This document shows positions 23,991-32,929 of a DNA stretch of 64,000 nucleotides, piece after piece (the first letter of the stretch is position 1; each line of letters opens with the position of its first letter). The notes beneath the pieces are model-generated. The model saw nothing but the letters and a program-made list of their open reading frames with translations, did no database searches and had not been told where the DNA came from. Origin of the DNA: an uncultured Verrucomicrobiae bacterium (GTDB taxonomy: Bacteria > Verrucomicrobiota > Verrucomicrobiia > Chthoniobacterales > Chthoniobacteraceae); contig CAVYKI010000004.1 of NCBI GenBank assembly GCA_963769025.1, positions 64,001 to 128,000 of the forward strand, written 5' to 3'. A program made the position numbers and the translations under genes.

Positions 23991-24890
23991 ATGCAAAATC
24001 TTAACCGGACCGACATGCCCGCGCCGATGCCGGTGATCGTCGGTGCCCCGCGCTCGGGCACCACGCTCCTGCGGCTGATGCTCGATGCGCACCCGGACCT
24101 CGCGATTCCGCCGGAGACCGGATTTTTCTGCGGGCTGCCGGAAGCGGGCGGGCCTTCCGGATGCACGCGGGAATGGTTCATGGATTTCATCACGACCTGC
24201 CCGCCCGGCGCGCCCGCGTGGGGCGACTTCGGCGTGTCGGCCGACGCTTTGCGGGAGAGCCTGGAAGCGATCCAGCCGTTCAATCTTGCGGATGCTTTTC
24301 GCTGCTTCTACCGGCTCTACGCCGAGCGGCACTCAAAGCCGCGCTCGGGCGACAAGACTCCCGTCCACGCCCTCCACATCGCTGCCATTGCGCGGTTGCT
24401 GCCCGAAGCACGCCTCGTCCATCTCATTCGCGACGGGCGCGACGCCGCGCTTTCCATCCGCCCGCTCTGGTTTGCACCGGCGCAGGACTTCGCCGGGCTC
24501 GCGGCGCATTGGCAGCACATCGTCCGCACGACGCGCAGCCAGGCAAGGGAGTGTCCGCACTACCGGGAGGTGCGGTACGAGGACCTCATCCGCAAACCGG
24601 AGCGGGAGCTGCGGGCGCTCTGCGAATACCTCGAGCTGCCATTTGATCCCGCGATGCTCGCTTATCACGAGCGCGCCGGGGAGCGCCTGCGCGAACATCG
24701 GGATCGCAGTGCAGCCGACGGGACGCTGATCGTCTCGCATGAGACTCGCAGGAGCACGCACGCACTCACGTCGCGTCCGCCGGACGTCACGCGGATCGGC
24801 GTGTGGCGCTCGGAGATGCCGCCGGAAGCGCAGGCCAAATTCGGCGCGGTGGCAGGCGATCTTTTGCGGGAACTCGGCTACGGCGACTGA
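23991..24890 (+). CDS. Sulfotransferase family protein
   Basis: PAPS motif 'IVGAPRSGTTLL', 'GDKTP', 'IRDGRD.ALS', 'RYEDL'. Confidence 0.9.
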   Translation: MQNLNRTDMPAPMPVIVGAPRSGTTLLRLMLDAHPDLAIPPETGFFCGLPEAGGPSGCTREWFMDFITTCPPGAPAWGDFGVSADALRESLEAIQPFNLADAFRCFYRLYAERHSKPRSGDKTPVHALHIAAIARLLPEARLVHLIRDGRDAALSIRPLWFAPAQDFAGLAAHWQHIVRTTRSQARECPHYREVRYEDLIRKPERELRALCEYLELPFDPAMLAYHERAGERLREHRDRSAADGTLIVSHETRRSTHALTSRPPDVTRIGVWRSEMPPEAQAKFGAVAGDLLRELGYGD

Positions 24891-24941
24891 TAAACGATCG
24901 CCCCGTTGCATTGGGGAGTTTGCACCTTATGGTGCGCGTGA

Positions 24942-25739
24942 ATGACCGACATCGAGTTTCCGTGGCAGCAACGCAGGGCGGCGCTCGTCGTGGCTCATCC
25001 GGGGCACGAACTGCGTGTGCATCATTGGATGGAACTGGCGCGGCCGCTCGTACTCGTGCTCACGGATGGCTCGGGCCGCACGACGCAGTCGCGCCTTTCC
25101 TCGACGACGCGAGTCATGGACGCGACCGGGGCCAGGGCGGGGGAAGTGTACGGCCGTTTCACGGATGCGGGGATCTACGCGGCGGTGCTGAACGGCCGGC
25201 AGGAGGAGTTCACGGGCGTGATGCGCGAGATGGCGCGGATCTTTGATGGTGAGGGAATCGACTATGTCGCGCACGACGCGATAGAGGGCTACAATCCGTC
25301 GCACGATCTTTCCTGGCACCTCGCCGGTGCGGCGACCGCGCTGGCGCGGAAAATCAGCGGCCGCGAGATACGGCGCTTTGATTTTTTGCTGACCGGGCGG
25401 CCCGATCAGTGCCCCGCGGAAGCGCAGCCGGCGGCCATTTGTGTCACGCTCGACGATGCGGCGCTCGAACGGAAACTGTCCGCCGCGGAGACGTATCCCG
25501 AGCTGAAGACCGAGGTGGACGCCACGCTCGGAAAATTTGGGAAGGCACCGTTTGCGGTGGAATGGCTGCGGCCCGCACCGGACGCGGCACCGGATCTCGC
25601 GGACCTGGATGAAATTCCATTTTACGAAAGCCACGGCGAGGCGCGCGCGGCGTCGGGCCATTATTCGGACGTGATTCGTGAGCGGGAGCATGTGCTGCCG
25701 ATCGCCAGGACGCTGTGGAGAACCGCCATGGAAGGCTAG
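24942..25739 (+). CDS. PIG-L/LmbE-like protein with a variant metal motif
   Basis: 'VVAHPGHE', 'LTDGSG', 'EGYNPSHD'. Confidence 0.6.
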   Translation: MTDIEFPWQQRRAALVVAHPGHELRVHHWMELARPLVLVLTDGSGRTTQSRLSSTTRVMDATGARAGEVYGRFTDAGIYAAVLNGRQEEFTGVMREMARIFDGEGIDYVAHDAIEGYNPSHDLSWHLAGAATALARKISGREIRRFDFLLTGRPDQCPAEAQPAAICVTLDDAALERKLSAAETYPELKTEVDATLGKFGKAPFAVEWLRPAPDAAPDLADLDEIPFYESHGEARAASGHYSDVIREREHVLPIARTLWRTAMEG

Positions 25740-25743
25740 GGGC

Positions 25744-26913
25744 ATGCGGGTTCTCCTGACCAACAATACGCTGGGTGCGCGTGCCGGGTCCGAGATGTAC
25801 GTGGTGGATGTCGCCCGGGAATTGAAGCGGCTCGGGCACGAACCGGTGGCCTACAGCCCGAGTCTGGGCGCGGTTGCGGAGGTGCTCCGCGAGGCCGGCA
25901 TCCCGGTGGTGGGAAATCTCGCGGAACTGCCATTCCGGCCGGATGTGATTCACGGGCATCACCACCTCGAGACGATGACGGCGCTGGCGTCGCTGCCCGG
26001 CGTGCCGGCGGTTTACTTTTGCCATGGCGCGAAGCCACTCGAGGAAATGCCGCCGGTCTTTCCGCGGATCCTGCGCTACGTCGCGGTGGACCTGGCGTGC
26101 CGGGAGCGCGTGGCCCGCGAGACGGGAACGCCGGAGGAGGCGATCCGGATGGTCCTGAATTTTGCGGACACCGGCCTGTTCAAGCCCCGGCAGCCGCTGC
26201 CCGAGCGCCCGGCGCGCGCGCTTGTCTTCAGCAACTACGCGACGGAGGCGAACTACCTGGCGCCGGTGCGCGCCGCGTGCGCGCAATGCGGCATCGAAAT
26301 CGACGTGAGGGGCCAGGGCGTAGGGAACCAGACCGACGAGCCGCAGAAACTGCTCCCGCAATACGATCTCGTTTTTGCAAAGGCGCGTGCGGCGATCGAG
26401 GCGATGGCGGTGGGGTGCGCAGTGGTGTTGTGCGACGGGACGGGGCTCGGGCCGATGGTCTCCACTGCAAACTTCGCGGAACTGCGGCCGGACAACTTCG
26501 GTTTCCGCACGCTGCGCGATCAGCCGACGGTTGAAAACGTGATGGCGGCGATCCGCGCTTACGACGCGCGGGATGCGGAAGCGGTCGGCGAACTCGTGCG
26601 CGCTCAGGCAGACATGAGGAATGCCGTCGGCGAAATCGTGCGGATTTACGAGGAAGTCGTCGCGAAGAACGCCGGACGTCCGACCGATGAAGTTGCGGAA
26701 TTGCGGGCGGCTGGGGCGTATTTGCAGACGCTCGATACGGTCATCAAACACGTGCCCTTCAAGACGCCGATCATCGTGCCTGCCGAGATGATTCCGGATG
26801 CCGTCGCTCTCCCGCCGGTCGTGAAAAAGTCGTGGCTGGAACGACTGCTGGGCAAGCCGAGAAAGCGGCCACGCACGGTGGCCGGTGCCGCCGGGCGGGA
26901 TGATCGCGGGTGA
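25744..26913 (+). CDS. GT-B (GT4-like) glycosyltransferase
   Basis: 'GSEMYVVDVARELKRLGHE', 'PDVIHGHH', 'AAIEAMAVGCAVV'. Confidence 0.85.
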   Translation: MRVLLTNNTLGARAGSEMYVVDVARELKRLGHEPVAYSPSLGAVAEVLREAGIPVVGNLAELPFRPDVIHGHHHLETMTALASLPGVPAVYFCHGAKPLEEMPPVFPRILRYVAVDLACRERVARETGTPEEAIRMVLNFADTGLFKPRQPLPERPARALVFSNYATEANYLAPVRAACAQCGIEIDVRGQGVGNQTDEPQKLLPQYDLVFAKARAAIEAMAVGCAVVLCDGTGLGPMVSTANFAELRPDNFGFRTLRDQPTVENVMAAIRAYDARDAEAVGELVRAQADMRNAVGEIVRIYEEVVAKNAGRPTDEVAELRAAGAYLQTLDTVIKHVPFKTPIIVPAEMIPDAVALPPVVKKSWLERLLGKPRKRPRTVAGAAGRDDRG

Positions 26914-27000
26914 ACGCTTTCCGGCAAGCCCGGCTCGCTCCGCGGAGGGGCGGCCTGTGATCGCCGGGGCTTGCAGCAAGCGCGGTTGCGCGGCTTCATC

Positions 27001-28365
27001 ATGCGCATGCGCTCCACGTTGCTTCCCGCCGTGTTCGTCCTGTGTTTCCAAGCGATCGTCTCCGCGGCCGATGTCGGAGACTACGGTGCCATCGGCGATG
27101 GCGTGGCGGATGACACCCATGCGATCCAGGCGGCGGTGGACGCGGGGGAGGGGAGCGTCCGTTTCGACAAGGGCATCTACCGGCTGACAAAGACGATCAC
27201 CGTGAAGCTCGACGACCTTGGCCCCACTTCGCTCGTCGGCGATGGCACCGCGCGAATCGTGATGGCCGGGGCGGGTCCGGCATTTCACATCATCGGCACG
27301 CATGGCGGCACCGCGGACCCGGCTTCGGTGAAGCCCGAGGTCTTCGAGCGGCAGACGATGCCGATCGTGGACGGGTTGCAAATCGTGGGCGCGCACGCCG
27401 AGGCGGATGGCATCGAGGCCACGGGCACGATGCAGCTCACGATCACGCGCGTGAACATCCGCGACTGCCGCCATGGCATCCGCCTCACGCAGCGCAACCG
27501 CAACGTCATCATCTCAAACAGCCACGTGTACAAAAACCGCAGGATCGGAATTTTCTACGACGCGGTGAACCTGCACCAGTCGAACGTCACCGGCTGCCAC
27601 ATCAGCTACAACGCGGGCGGCGGCATCGTCTCGCGCGGCGGCGAGGTGCGGAACGTTCACATCACCGGCTGCGACATCGAGTCGAACATGTCGGCCGACG
27701 GGCCGCCTTCGGCGAACGTCACCCTCGACAGCCGCGGCGGATCAATCGCGGAGGTCGCCATCACCGGTTGCACGCTCCAGCACACGGGCAAGGCGCCGGG
27801 TAGCGCGAACGTCCACATCATCGGCCCCGGCGACGACAAGCGCGTCACCTCCGAGTCCGGCGAAGGCAAGACGCGCGAGGGAAACATCAGCATTTCGAGC
27901 AATGTCTTCAGCGACGTGCGCATCAACGTCCACATCCAGCACGCGCGCGGAGTCGCGATTCTCGGCAACACCTTTTGGGAAGGCTTCGACCACGATCTGC
28001 TCGTGGAGAGCAGCAGCGATATCGCCGTGACCGGCAATGTATTCGATCGCAACCCGCGCTATGCGCTGTGGCAGAAGGAGGCGCCGAAGCAGGGGATTCT
28101 CTTCCGTGACAGCGCGGACTGCACGCTCAGCGGCGTGCATATCAACGGCGTGCGCGGGCATCCTGCCGCGCTCCATTTGAAGGACTGCAGCCGCTTCCTC
28201 ATCACGGGCTGCAGCATCCTCGACAGCGACGGCGCCGGCATCCTCCTCGATAATGTCCGCCGGTCGCGCATCGGCGCGTGCCTGATCGACGACGCGAGGC
28301 GCAAGGGTGAATACCGCGGGATCCACGAACGCGGCGGCGGAGGCAACGTCGTGGACGTTCGCTGA
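27001..28365 (+). CDS. Secreted right-handed beta-helix (pectate lyase-like) protein
   Basis: 'DYGAIGDGVADDTHAIQAA', repeated 'ITGC.I..N' units. Confidence 0.85.
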   Translation: MRMRSTLLPAVFVLCFQAIVSAADVGDYGAIGDGVADDTHAIQAAVDAGEGSVRFDKGIYRLTKTITVKLDDLGPTSLVGDGTARIVMAGAGPAFHIIGTHGGTADPASVKPEVFERQTMPIVDGLQIVGAHAEADGIEATGTMQLTITRVNIRDCRHGIRLTQRNRNVIISNSHVYKNRRIGIFYDAVNLHQSNVTGCHISYNAGGGIVSRGGEVRNVHITGCDIESNMSADGPPSANVTLDSRGGSIAEVAITGCTLQHTGKAPGSANVHIIGPGDDKRVTSESGEGKTREGNISISSNVFSDVRINVHIQHARGVAILGNTFWEGFDHDLLVESSSDIAVTGNVFDRNPRYALWQKEAPKQGILFRDSADCTLSGVHINGVRGHPAALHLKDCSRFLITGCSILDSDGAGILLDNVRRSRIGACLIDDARRKGEYRGIHERGGGGNVVDVR

Positions 28366-28371
28366 GCCCCG

Positions 28372-29298
28372 CTACTTCTTCGGCTCGAGTTTTCCGAGCA
28401 GGTAGAGCTTCGCGAAATCCACGATGCCGTCGGCCACCTTTTCGGCGACGGCGTTGATCGAGTCCTTCATTCGGAAATCCATCCCGAACTCGAACTGCAC
28501 GGCGCCGATGCCGGCGTGTTTGCCGTAGGTCTGCACGATGTGCCCGCCCGTGAAGCCGGCGGCCTCAGCGCTCGTGTCGGTGGGCTTCATGCTGATGCCG
28601 CGCGCGTTCAGCAGGCCGGCGAGGCTCTGCGGACCGGCATGCACTTTCGCGCCGAACAGCTTTGCGAGCATCGCGTCGGTGCCCCCGTTCTGCGTGCCGC
28701 GAAATACGGTGTCGCGCGCGGAAGCCTGGCCGTGGACATCGATCAGCAAGCCGCGGCCGAAGTGCGTGTGCACGTCGTCGCAGAATTTCGCGAGCGTGCC
28801 GCGGTAAAGGTCGTACACCTCGCGTGCCCTCGGGTGCTCGACGGCGATTTCCGGCGGGCGGTTCGCGTCGATGTATTTTCGGTGAAACCGGGCGATGACG
28901 AAATGCGGCTTCTTTCCCAGGCGCGATTCGAGCGCGCGTGCGATGGCCGCGGTGAGCAGTTCGGTGTTTTCGTCACGCCCGGTGAAGAACCCTGCGCCTC
29001 CTTTTTTCATCCCTTCGCCGACGCGCACCGGCACGCCGGGAATCGGCAGCAACCCGCCATGCGGCGCGGACAGGATGATCGGCAGGTCGCCGTGCTGGAC
29101 GGAGATGAAATCGGCTGCGGCGAATTCCGTCCCGTCTGCCGCAATCGCGGCGATGCGAAGCAGCGGCGCGGCGATCAGCGCGGCGATGGAACGTCGAAAT
29201 AATGCGCGCCTGGAGAGGGGCCGGGGGAGTGCGCAGGCAGGACGGGAATTGCTCACGGTGGTGTCGTGTACCGGCAATGCGCCGGGGCGTGAAGCCAT
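28372..29298 (-). CDS. N-formylglutamate amidohydrolase-like protein, possible Tat signal; start uncertain
   Basis: 'ILSAPHGG', 'HRKYIDANR', 'LIDVHGQ', 'QFEFG'; 'SRRALF'. Confidence 0.75.
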   Translation of the reverse strand: MASRPGALPVHDTTVSNSRPACALPRPLSRRALFRRSIAALIAAPLLRIAAIAADGTEFAAADFISVQHGDLPIILSAPHGGLLPIPGVPVRVGEGMKKGGAGFFTGRDENTELLTAAIARALESRLGKKPHFVIARFHRKYIDANRPPEIAVEHPRAREVYDLYRGTLAKFCDDVHTHFGRGLLIDVHGQASARDTVFRGTQNGGTDAMLAKLFGAKVHAGPQSLAGLLNARGISMKPTDTSAEAAGFTGGHIVQTYGKHAGIGAVQFEFGMDFRMKDSINAVAEKVADGIVDFAKLYLLGKLEPKK

Positions 29299-29313
29299 TC
29301 TTCGCGGCCTCGA

Positions 29314-30021
29314 CTACGCCGCCTTGCCGGGCGGGAGCGTGAGGTAAAGCGCGGCGGCGCCGGCTCGGCCCGAAAGGGTTGAGTCGAGCACCGGGATCGG
29401 TTCAAAGCCGGCGGCTTTCAGCGCGAGGTAAGTCTCGGCGGCGTCCTTGGCGACCGGCAGTTCCGGGACGGCGAGTTCGAGGGCCTTGCTCGCGGCGCCG
29501 GGGGCGACCGCGTCCGGCCCGTGGACCGTCCAGCCTGCGCCTTCGAAGATTTCCTTGAACCATGCGGCGTGCGCGCCGGCGATGGAATCGCCCGCGGGGA
29601 TTCGAATGGTGATCTCCTTCGTCGTCACAGTGCCCAGATTGTGCGCGAGGGCGCGGGCGCGTTCCGGTGAAAATTCCTGCGCCTGATCCGTCGCGCCGGC
29701 AACCCATTGGAGTTTTTTCCGGTCGATGACAACTTCCGGGCCGGGCGTCGCGGCGGGCGTGCCTGCGAGGGTTGCTTCGATCGCGGCGACCCGCGCTTCG
29801 AGGGCTTCGATGCGGGCGTGATCTTTCGCCGGGTCTGGTGCGGGGGCCGGGCGCTGCTTCTTTGCCGGCTCCGGCTCGGGAAGGTTCTCGATGATCACCA
29901 CCTCGCGGCATTTCGGGCATTGGACCCGACGGCTGCGCGGGGACGGCGGCGTCTTGATCACGGCCCCGCACGATGGGCAGGTCACCTCGCGGTTGTCGGG
30001 CGGAGTGTAAGTCTTGACCAT
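29314..30021 (-). CDS. Hypothetical protein with N-terminal zinc ribbon and short coiled coil
   Basis: 'CPSCG...CPKC', 'RIEALEARVAAIEA'. Confidence 0.7.
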   Translation of the reverse strand: MVKTYTPPDNREVTCPSCGAVIKTPPSPRSRRVQCPKCREVVIIENLPEPEPAKKQRPAPAPDPAKDHARIEALEARVAAIEATLAGTPAATPGPEVVIDRKKLQWVAGATDQAQEFSPERARALAHNLGTVTTKEITIRIPAGDSIAGAHAAWFKEIFEGAGWTVHGPDAVAPGAASKALELAVPELPVAKDAAETYLALKAAGFEPIPVLDSTLSGRAGAAALYLTLPPGKAA

Positions 30022-30027
30022 CGGGCG

Positions 30028-30483
30028 CTAGGAAACCGCCCCGGGATTCGCCATTGTCGCTTCGCTCAGAAATGCAATCTCGTCCTCGCTGAGTTTCAGC
30101 GCCGCCGCGCCGCCAGTTGCGGACGCCTTGCGGACCGGCGGCGTCTCCGCTTCATCGCCCATGTCCGCCCAGCGAAGACCCGCAGACCACCTAGGGACGC
30201 CGATCTTTTCGCTACAGACCGGGCAGACCACCGAACGGCCTTCCCAACGCGCATCCGCTCGGAGCCGGTGGTTGCACGAGCTGCAAAGGAACTTCACTTC
30301 CAGATCGAGGACCTCGGGCGGGAAGACGGGCGGGCAATGCGAGAGCCGGCTTGTGAGACCCACGGGCCCGGGCACCGGTACAGACCGCGAGCAGGACGGG
30401 CATTCGACGATATTTTTCGGCGAATCCGACGGGGCGTGGAGCGCGGTCCCGCAGATGACACAGAAGAAACGGATCGTGGGCAT
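30028..30483 (-). CDS. Double zinc-ribbon protein
   Basis: 'CVICG...CPSC' and 'CSSCN...CPVC'; C-terminal 'LSEDEIAFLS'. Confidence 0.75.
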   Translation of the reverse strand: MPTIRFFCVICGTALHAPSDSPKNIVECPSCSRSVPVPGPVGLTSRLSHCPPVFPPEVLDLEVKFLCSSCNHRLRADARWEGRSVVCPVCSEKIGVPRWSAGLRWADMGDEAETPPVRKASATGGAAALKLSEDEIAFLSEATMANPGAVS

Positions 30484-30658
30484 TGGGATGAAGCTCGAAT
30501 CTGGGCGCGGGAGAAAACGCCCATCGGGCTTGACTCTGGGAGAGTGTCACGCCATTACTAGCGGTCAAGGTGAAACTATCACCACCACATCTTGTGGTCG
30601 CCACTCGCGAAACCAATCTCGCCACCGCGAGATTTCGGCTGCCTCCACCACCCATCCC

Positions 30659-31690
30659 ATGACCAGTCCCGCGCCCTCTCCCGCCATATCGCACACCACC
30701 ACCCCACCGCGCCTGATTGGGCAGGCGCAGGCCCAATTCATCGAGCAGACTTTCGGTGAATTCCTCGGCGAAGCGCGCCCGGACGATCGTTCCGTGGGCG
30801 CCCGCCGCGCCGAGCTCGTCCGCTGGATTCACCACCGGCTGTTCGAGGATCGCGTCTCCGTCTCCACCGTGCGTTCGGAGTTGCAGAAAGCCCGCAAAAA
30901 CACGCGCATGATCGCGGTGACGAGCGGCAAGGGCGGTGTCGGGAAAACCACCTTCTCCGTGAATCTCGCGGTCGCGTGCGCGCAGCTCGGGCGAAAGGTG
31001 CTCCTCTTCGACGCCGATCTCGGCATGGCGAACGTCCACATTTTCGCCGGCGTAAATCCGACCGCGACGCTGCTCGATGTGGTGGATGGCCGCTCGGCGC
31101 TCGACGATGTGATCACTCCGGGGCCGTGCGGCGTTCACCTGATCTGCGGTGCATCCGGGATCGGCCGCATGGCGGAACTCGGCGCGCCGGTGCTCGAAGC
31201 CCTCGGACGCGAACTGCTCCGCGTCGCCTCGGAATTCGACGTCCTCATCATGGACACGGGCGCGGGCATTTCGACGGCCGTCACGCATTTCCTCGCGCTC
31301 GCGCAGGACACCGTCGTCGTGGCGACGCCGAACCTCGCGTCCACGCTGGACGCGTACGGCGTCATCAAGCTCGCGCACGAGAGCCAGCTCGCGACGCGCA
31401 TCCACGTACTCATCAACCAGGCCGAGAACGAACACCAGGCGGCGCGCGTGATGGACCGGATCGCCGGCTGTGCAAACCGTTTCCTGAATTCCTCGCTCGG
31501 CACGCTCGGATTCCTCGAGCGCGATCCGTCCGTCGAGCAAGCCAACCAGAGCCGGCGCCCGCTCGCGCTGACCGATCCAGGCAGTCCCAGCGCGCTTCGC
31601 ATCGCGGCGATCGCGGCGCGCCTCACCGGTCAGGAAAATCATCCCGGAGCCTCGGCAGACGGGCACGCCGCGGAGCACGCCGCGGCGTGA
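30659..31690 (+). CDS. FlhG/FleN-like MinD-family ATPase with N-terminal extension
   Basis: 'AVTSGKGGVGKT', 'DADLGMANV', 'DTGAGIS', 'DAYGVIK'. Confidence 0.88.
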   Translation: MTSPAPSPAISHTTTPPRLIGQAQAQFIEQTFGEFLGEARPDDRSVGARRAELVRWIHHRLFEDRVSVSTVRSELQKARKNTRMIAVTSGKGGVGKTTFSVNLAVACAQLGRKVLLFDADLGMANVHIFAGVNPTATLLDVVDGRSALDDVITPGPCGVHLICGASGIGRMAELGAPVLEALGRELLRVASEFDVLIMDTGAGISTAVTHFLALAQDTVVVATPNLASTLDAYGVIKLAHESQLATRIHVLINQAENEHQAARVMDRIAGCANRFLNSSLGTLGFLERDPSVEQANQSRRPLALTDPGSPSALRIAAIAARLTGQENHPGASADGHAAEHAAA

Positions 31691-31727
31691 CGCACCACTC
31701 GCTTTTCAACCCGCCATCCACAACGCC

Positions 31728-32681
31728 ATGACGCCACAATCCCAGCCACACGACCATTCGCCAGCACAGCCATTCCAATTGCCATCCTCCGGCGGTGATC
31801 CGCTGATGGACCTCATCGGTGCCTCGCCAGCATCCGCGGAGGGTCCGGACATCGTCCAATTCGCACCGGCGGGAAATTTCGTGAGCCAGTTCGGGCTGAA
31901 GGAAAACCCCTTCGCCGACTGCGTGCATCCGGCATTTTTCTTCCGCACCGACAGCCACGCGGAGGCCTACCGCAGCATGATGCTCGCCGTGGATTTCCGC
32001 GCTTCGCTCGGCCTCGTCACGGGCCCCAGCGGCACGGGCAAGACGCTCGTGAGCCAGTTGCTGCTCCAGCATTTCGACGAGGCAAAATGCCGCGTCGTGC
32101 TCGTGCTCGTCACGCCCGGCCTCAGTAAGACGGGGCTCCTGCGCGAGATTCTCTCCGAGCTGAACCTCGCGCTGCCCGTCGGCATCCCACGCGTGCAGGA
32201 TCTCGTGAAGCAGCTCGGCAACCACATCATCGAGCTGCACGAGCAGGGCCGGCGCCTCGTCGTCATCGTGGATGAATCGCATCTCCTCTCGGCGGACTGC
32301 CTGCACGTCATCCGCACGATCAGCAACATCGAGACGCCGCAGGAAAAACTCACGACCTGCCTGCTCTTCGGCGAGTCGCGCCTCGCGAGCCGCCTCGATC
32401 ACGCGAGCTACGCGTCGCTGCGCAACCGCATCTACATGCGCAGCGAGCTCCAGCCGCTCACGGTTGAGGAGGTCGCGCAGTACGTGAAGTTCCGCCTGAT
32501 GACGGCGGGCCGTCTTGACGACCTCTTCACCGAGCCCGCGCTCAAGGCCATCCACGAACACGCGGGCGGCATCTGCCGCAGTGTGAATAAGCTCGCGATG
32601 CTCAGCCTCATCGAGGCCGCGGACCGGCACAGTCCCGTCATCGACGACACGATCGTCCACGTCGCGGCAAAGCGGATGTGA
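31728..32681 (+). CDS. ExeA/GspA-type AAA ATPase (ATPase domain only)
   Basis: 'FGLKENPF', Walker A 'GPSGTGKT', 'VIVDESH', 'YVKFRL..AG', 'GGICRSVN'. Confidence 0.88.
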   Translation: MTPQSQPHDHSPAQPFQLPSSGGDPLMDLIGASPASAEGPDIVQFAPAGNFVSQFGLKENPFADCVHPAFFFRTDSHAEAYRSMMLAVDFRASLGLVTGPSGTGKTLVSQLLLQHFDEAKCRVVLVLVTPGLSKTGLLREILSELNLALPVGIPRVQDLVKQLGNHIIELHEQGRRLVVIVDESHLLSADCLHVIRTISNIETPQEKLTTCLLFGESRLASRLDHASYASLRNRIYMRSELQPLTVEEVAQYVKFRLMTAGRLDDLFTEPALKAIHEHAGGICRSVNKLAMLSLIEAADRHSPVIDDTIVHVAAKRM

Positions 32682-32884
32682 TGTCTGCCCATCCTCACCC
32701 TGCCGGCCGCTCGAAGACCGATCTCCGGCGCGGCCGTTTTACTCCGTCGAATCCGGTGGCGCCGGTGCGCGTCGCCCATTCGGCGCCGAAGGCGACCACC
32801 CACGCCGAGCAGGCGCTGCTGTTCAATGAGGCTGCATTGCCGGAAGCCAGTGGCGAGGCGCGTCCCGCCCGCAAGCCGCGCTGA
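32678..32884 (+). CDS. Small hypothetical protein
   Basis: 68-aa ORF overlapping the ExeA-like stop; no recognised domain. Confidence 0.35.
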   Translation: MMSAHPHPAGRSKTDLRRGRFTPSNPVAPVRVAHSAPKATTHAEQALLFNEAALPEASGEARPARKPR

Positions 32885-32929
32885 CACGGCCGTCGGCGTA
32901 CCGTGCGGATTTCCGTTCCGACGGAAAGG

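Noticed and set aside
25444..27474. Long antisense ORFs (also 8867-10579, 33956-35665, 47939-50290, 2348-3865)
   Set aside because: Shadow frames of real genes in high-GC DNA, Arg/Ala-rich with no motifs
30484..30658. Possible c-di-GMP riboswitch upstream of the FlhG-like gene
   Set aside because: GEMM consensus elements not found
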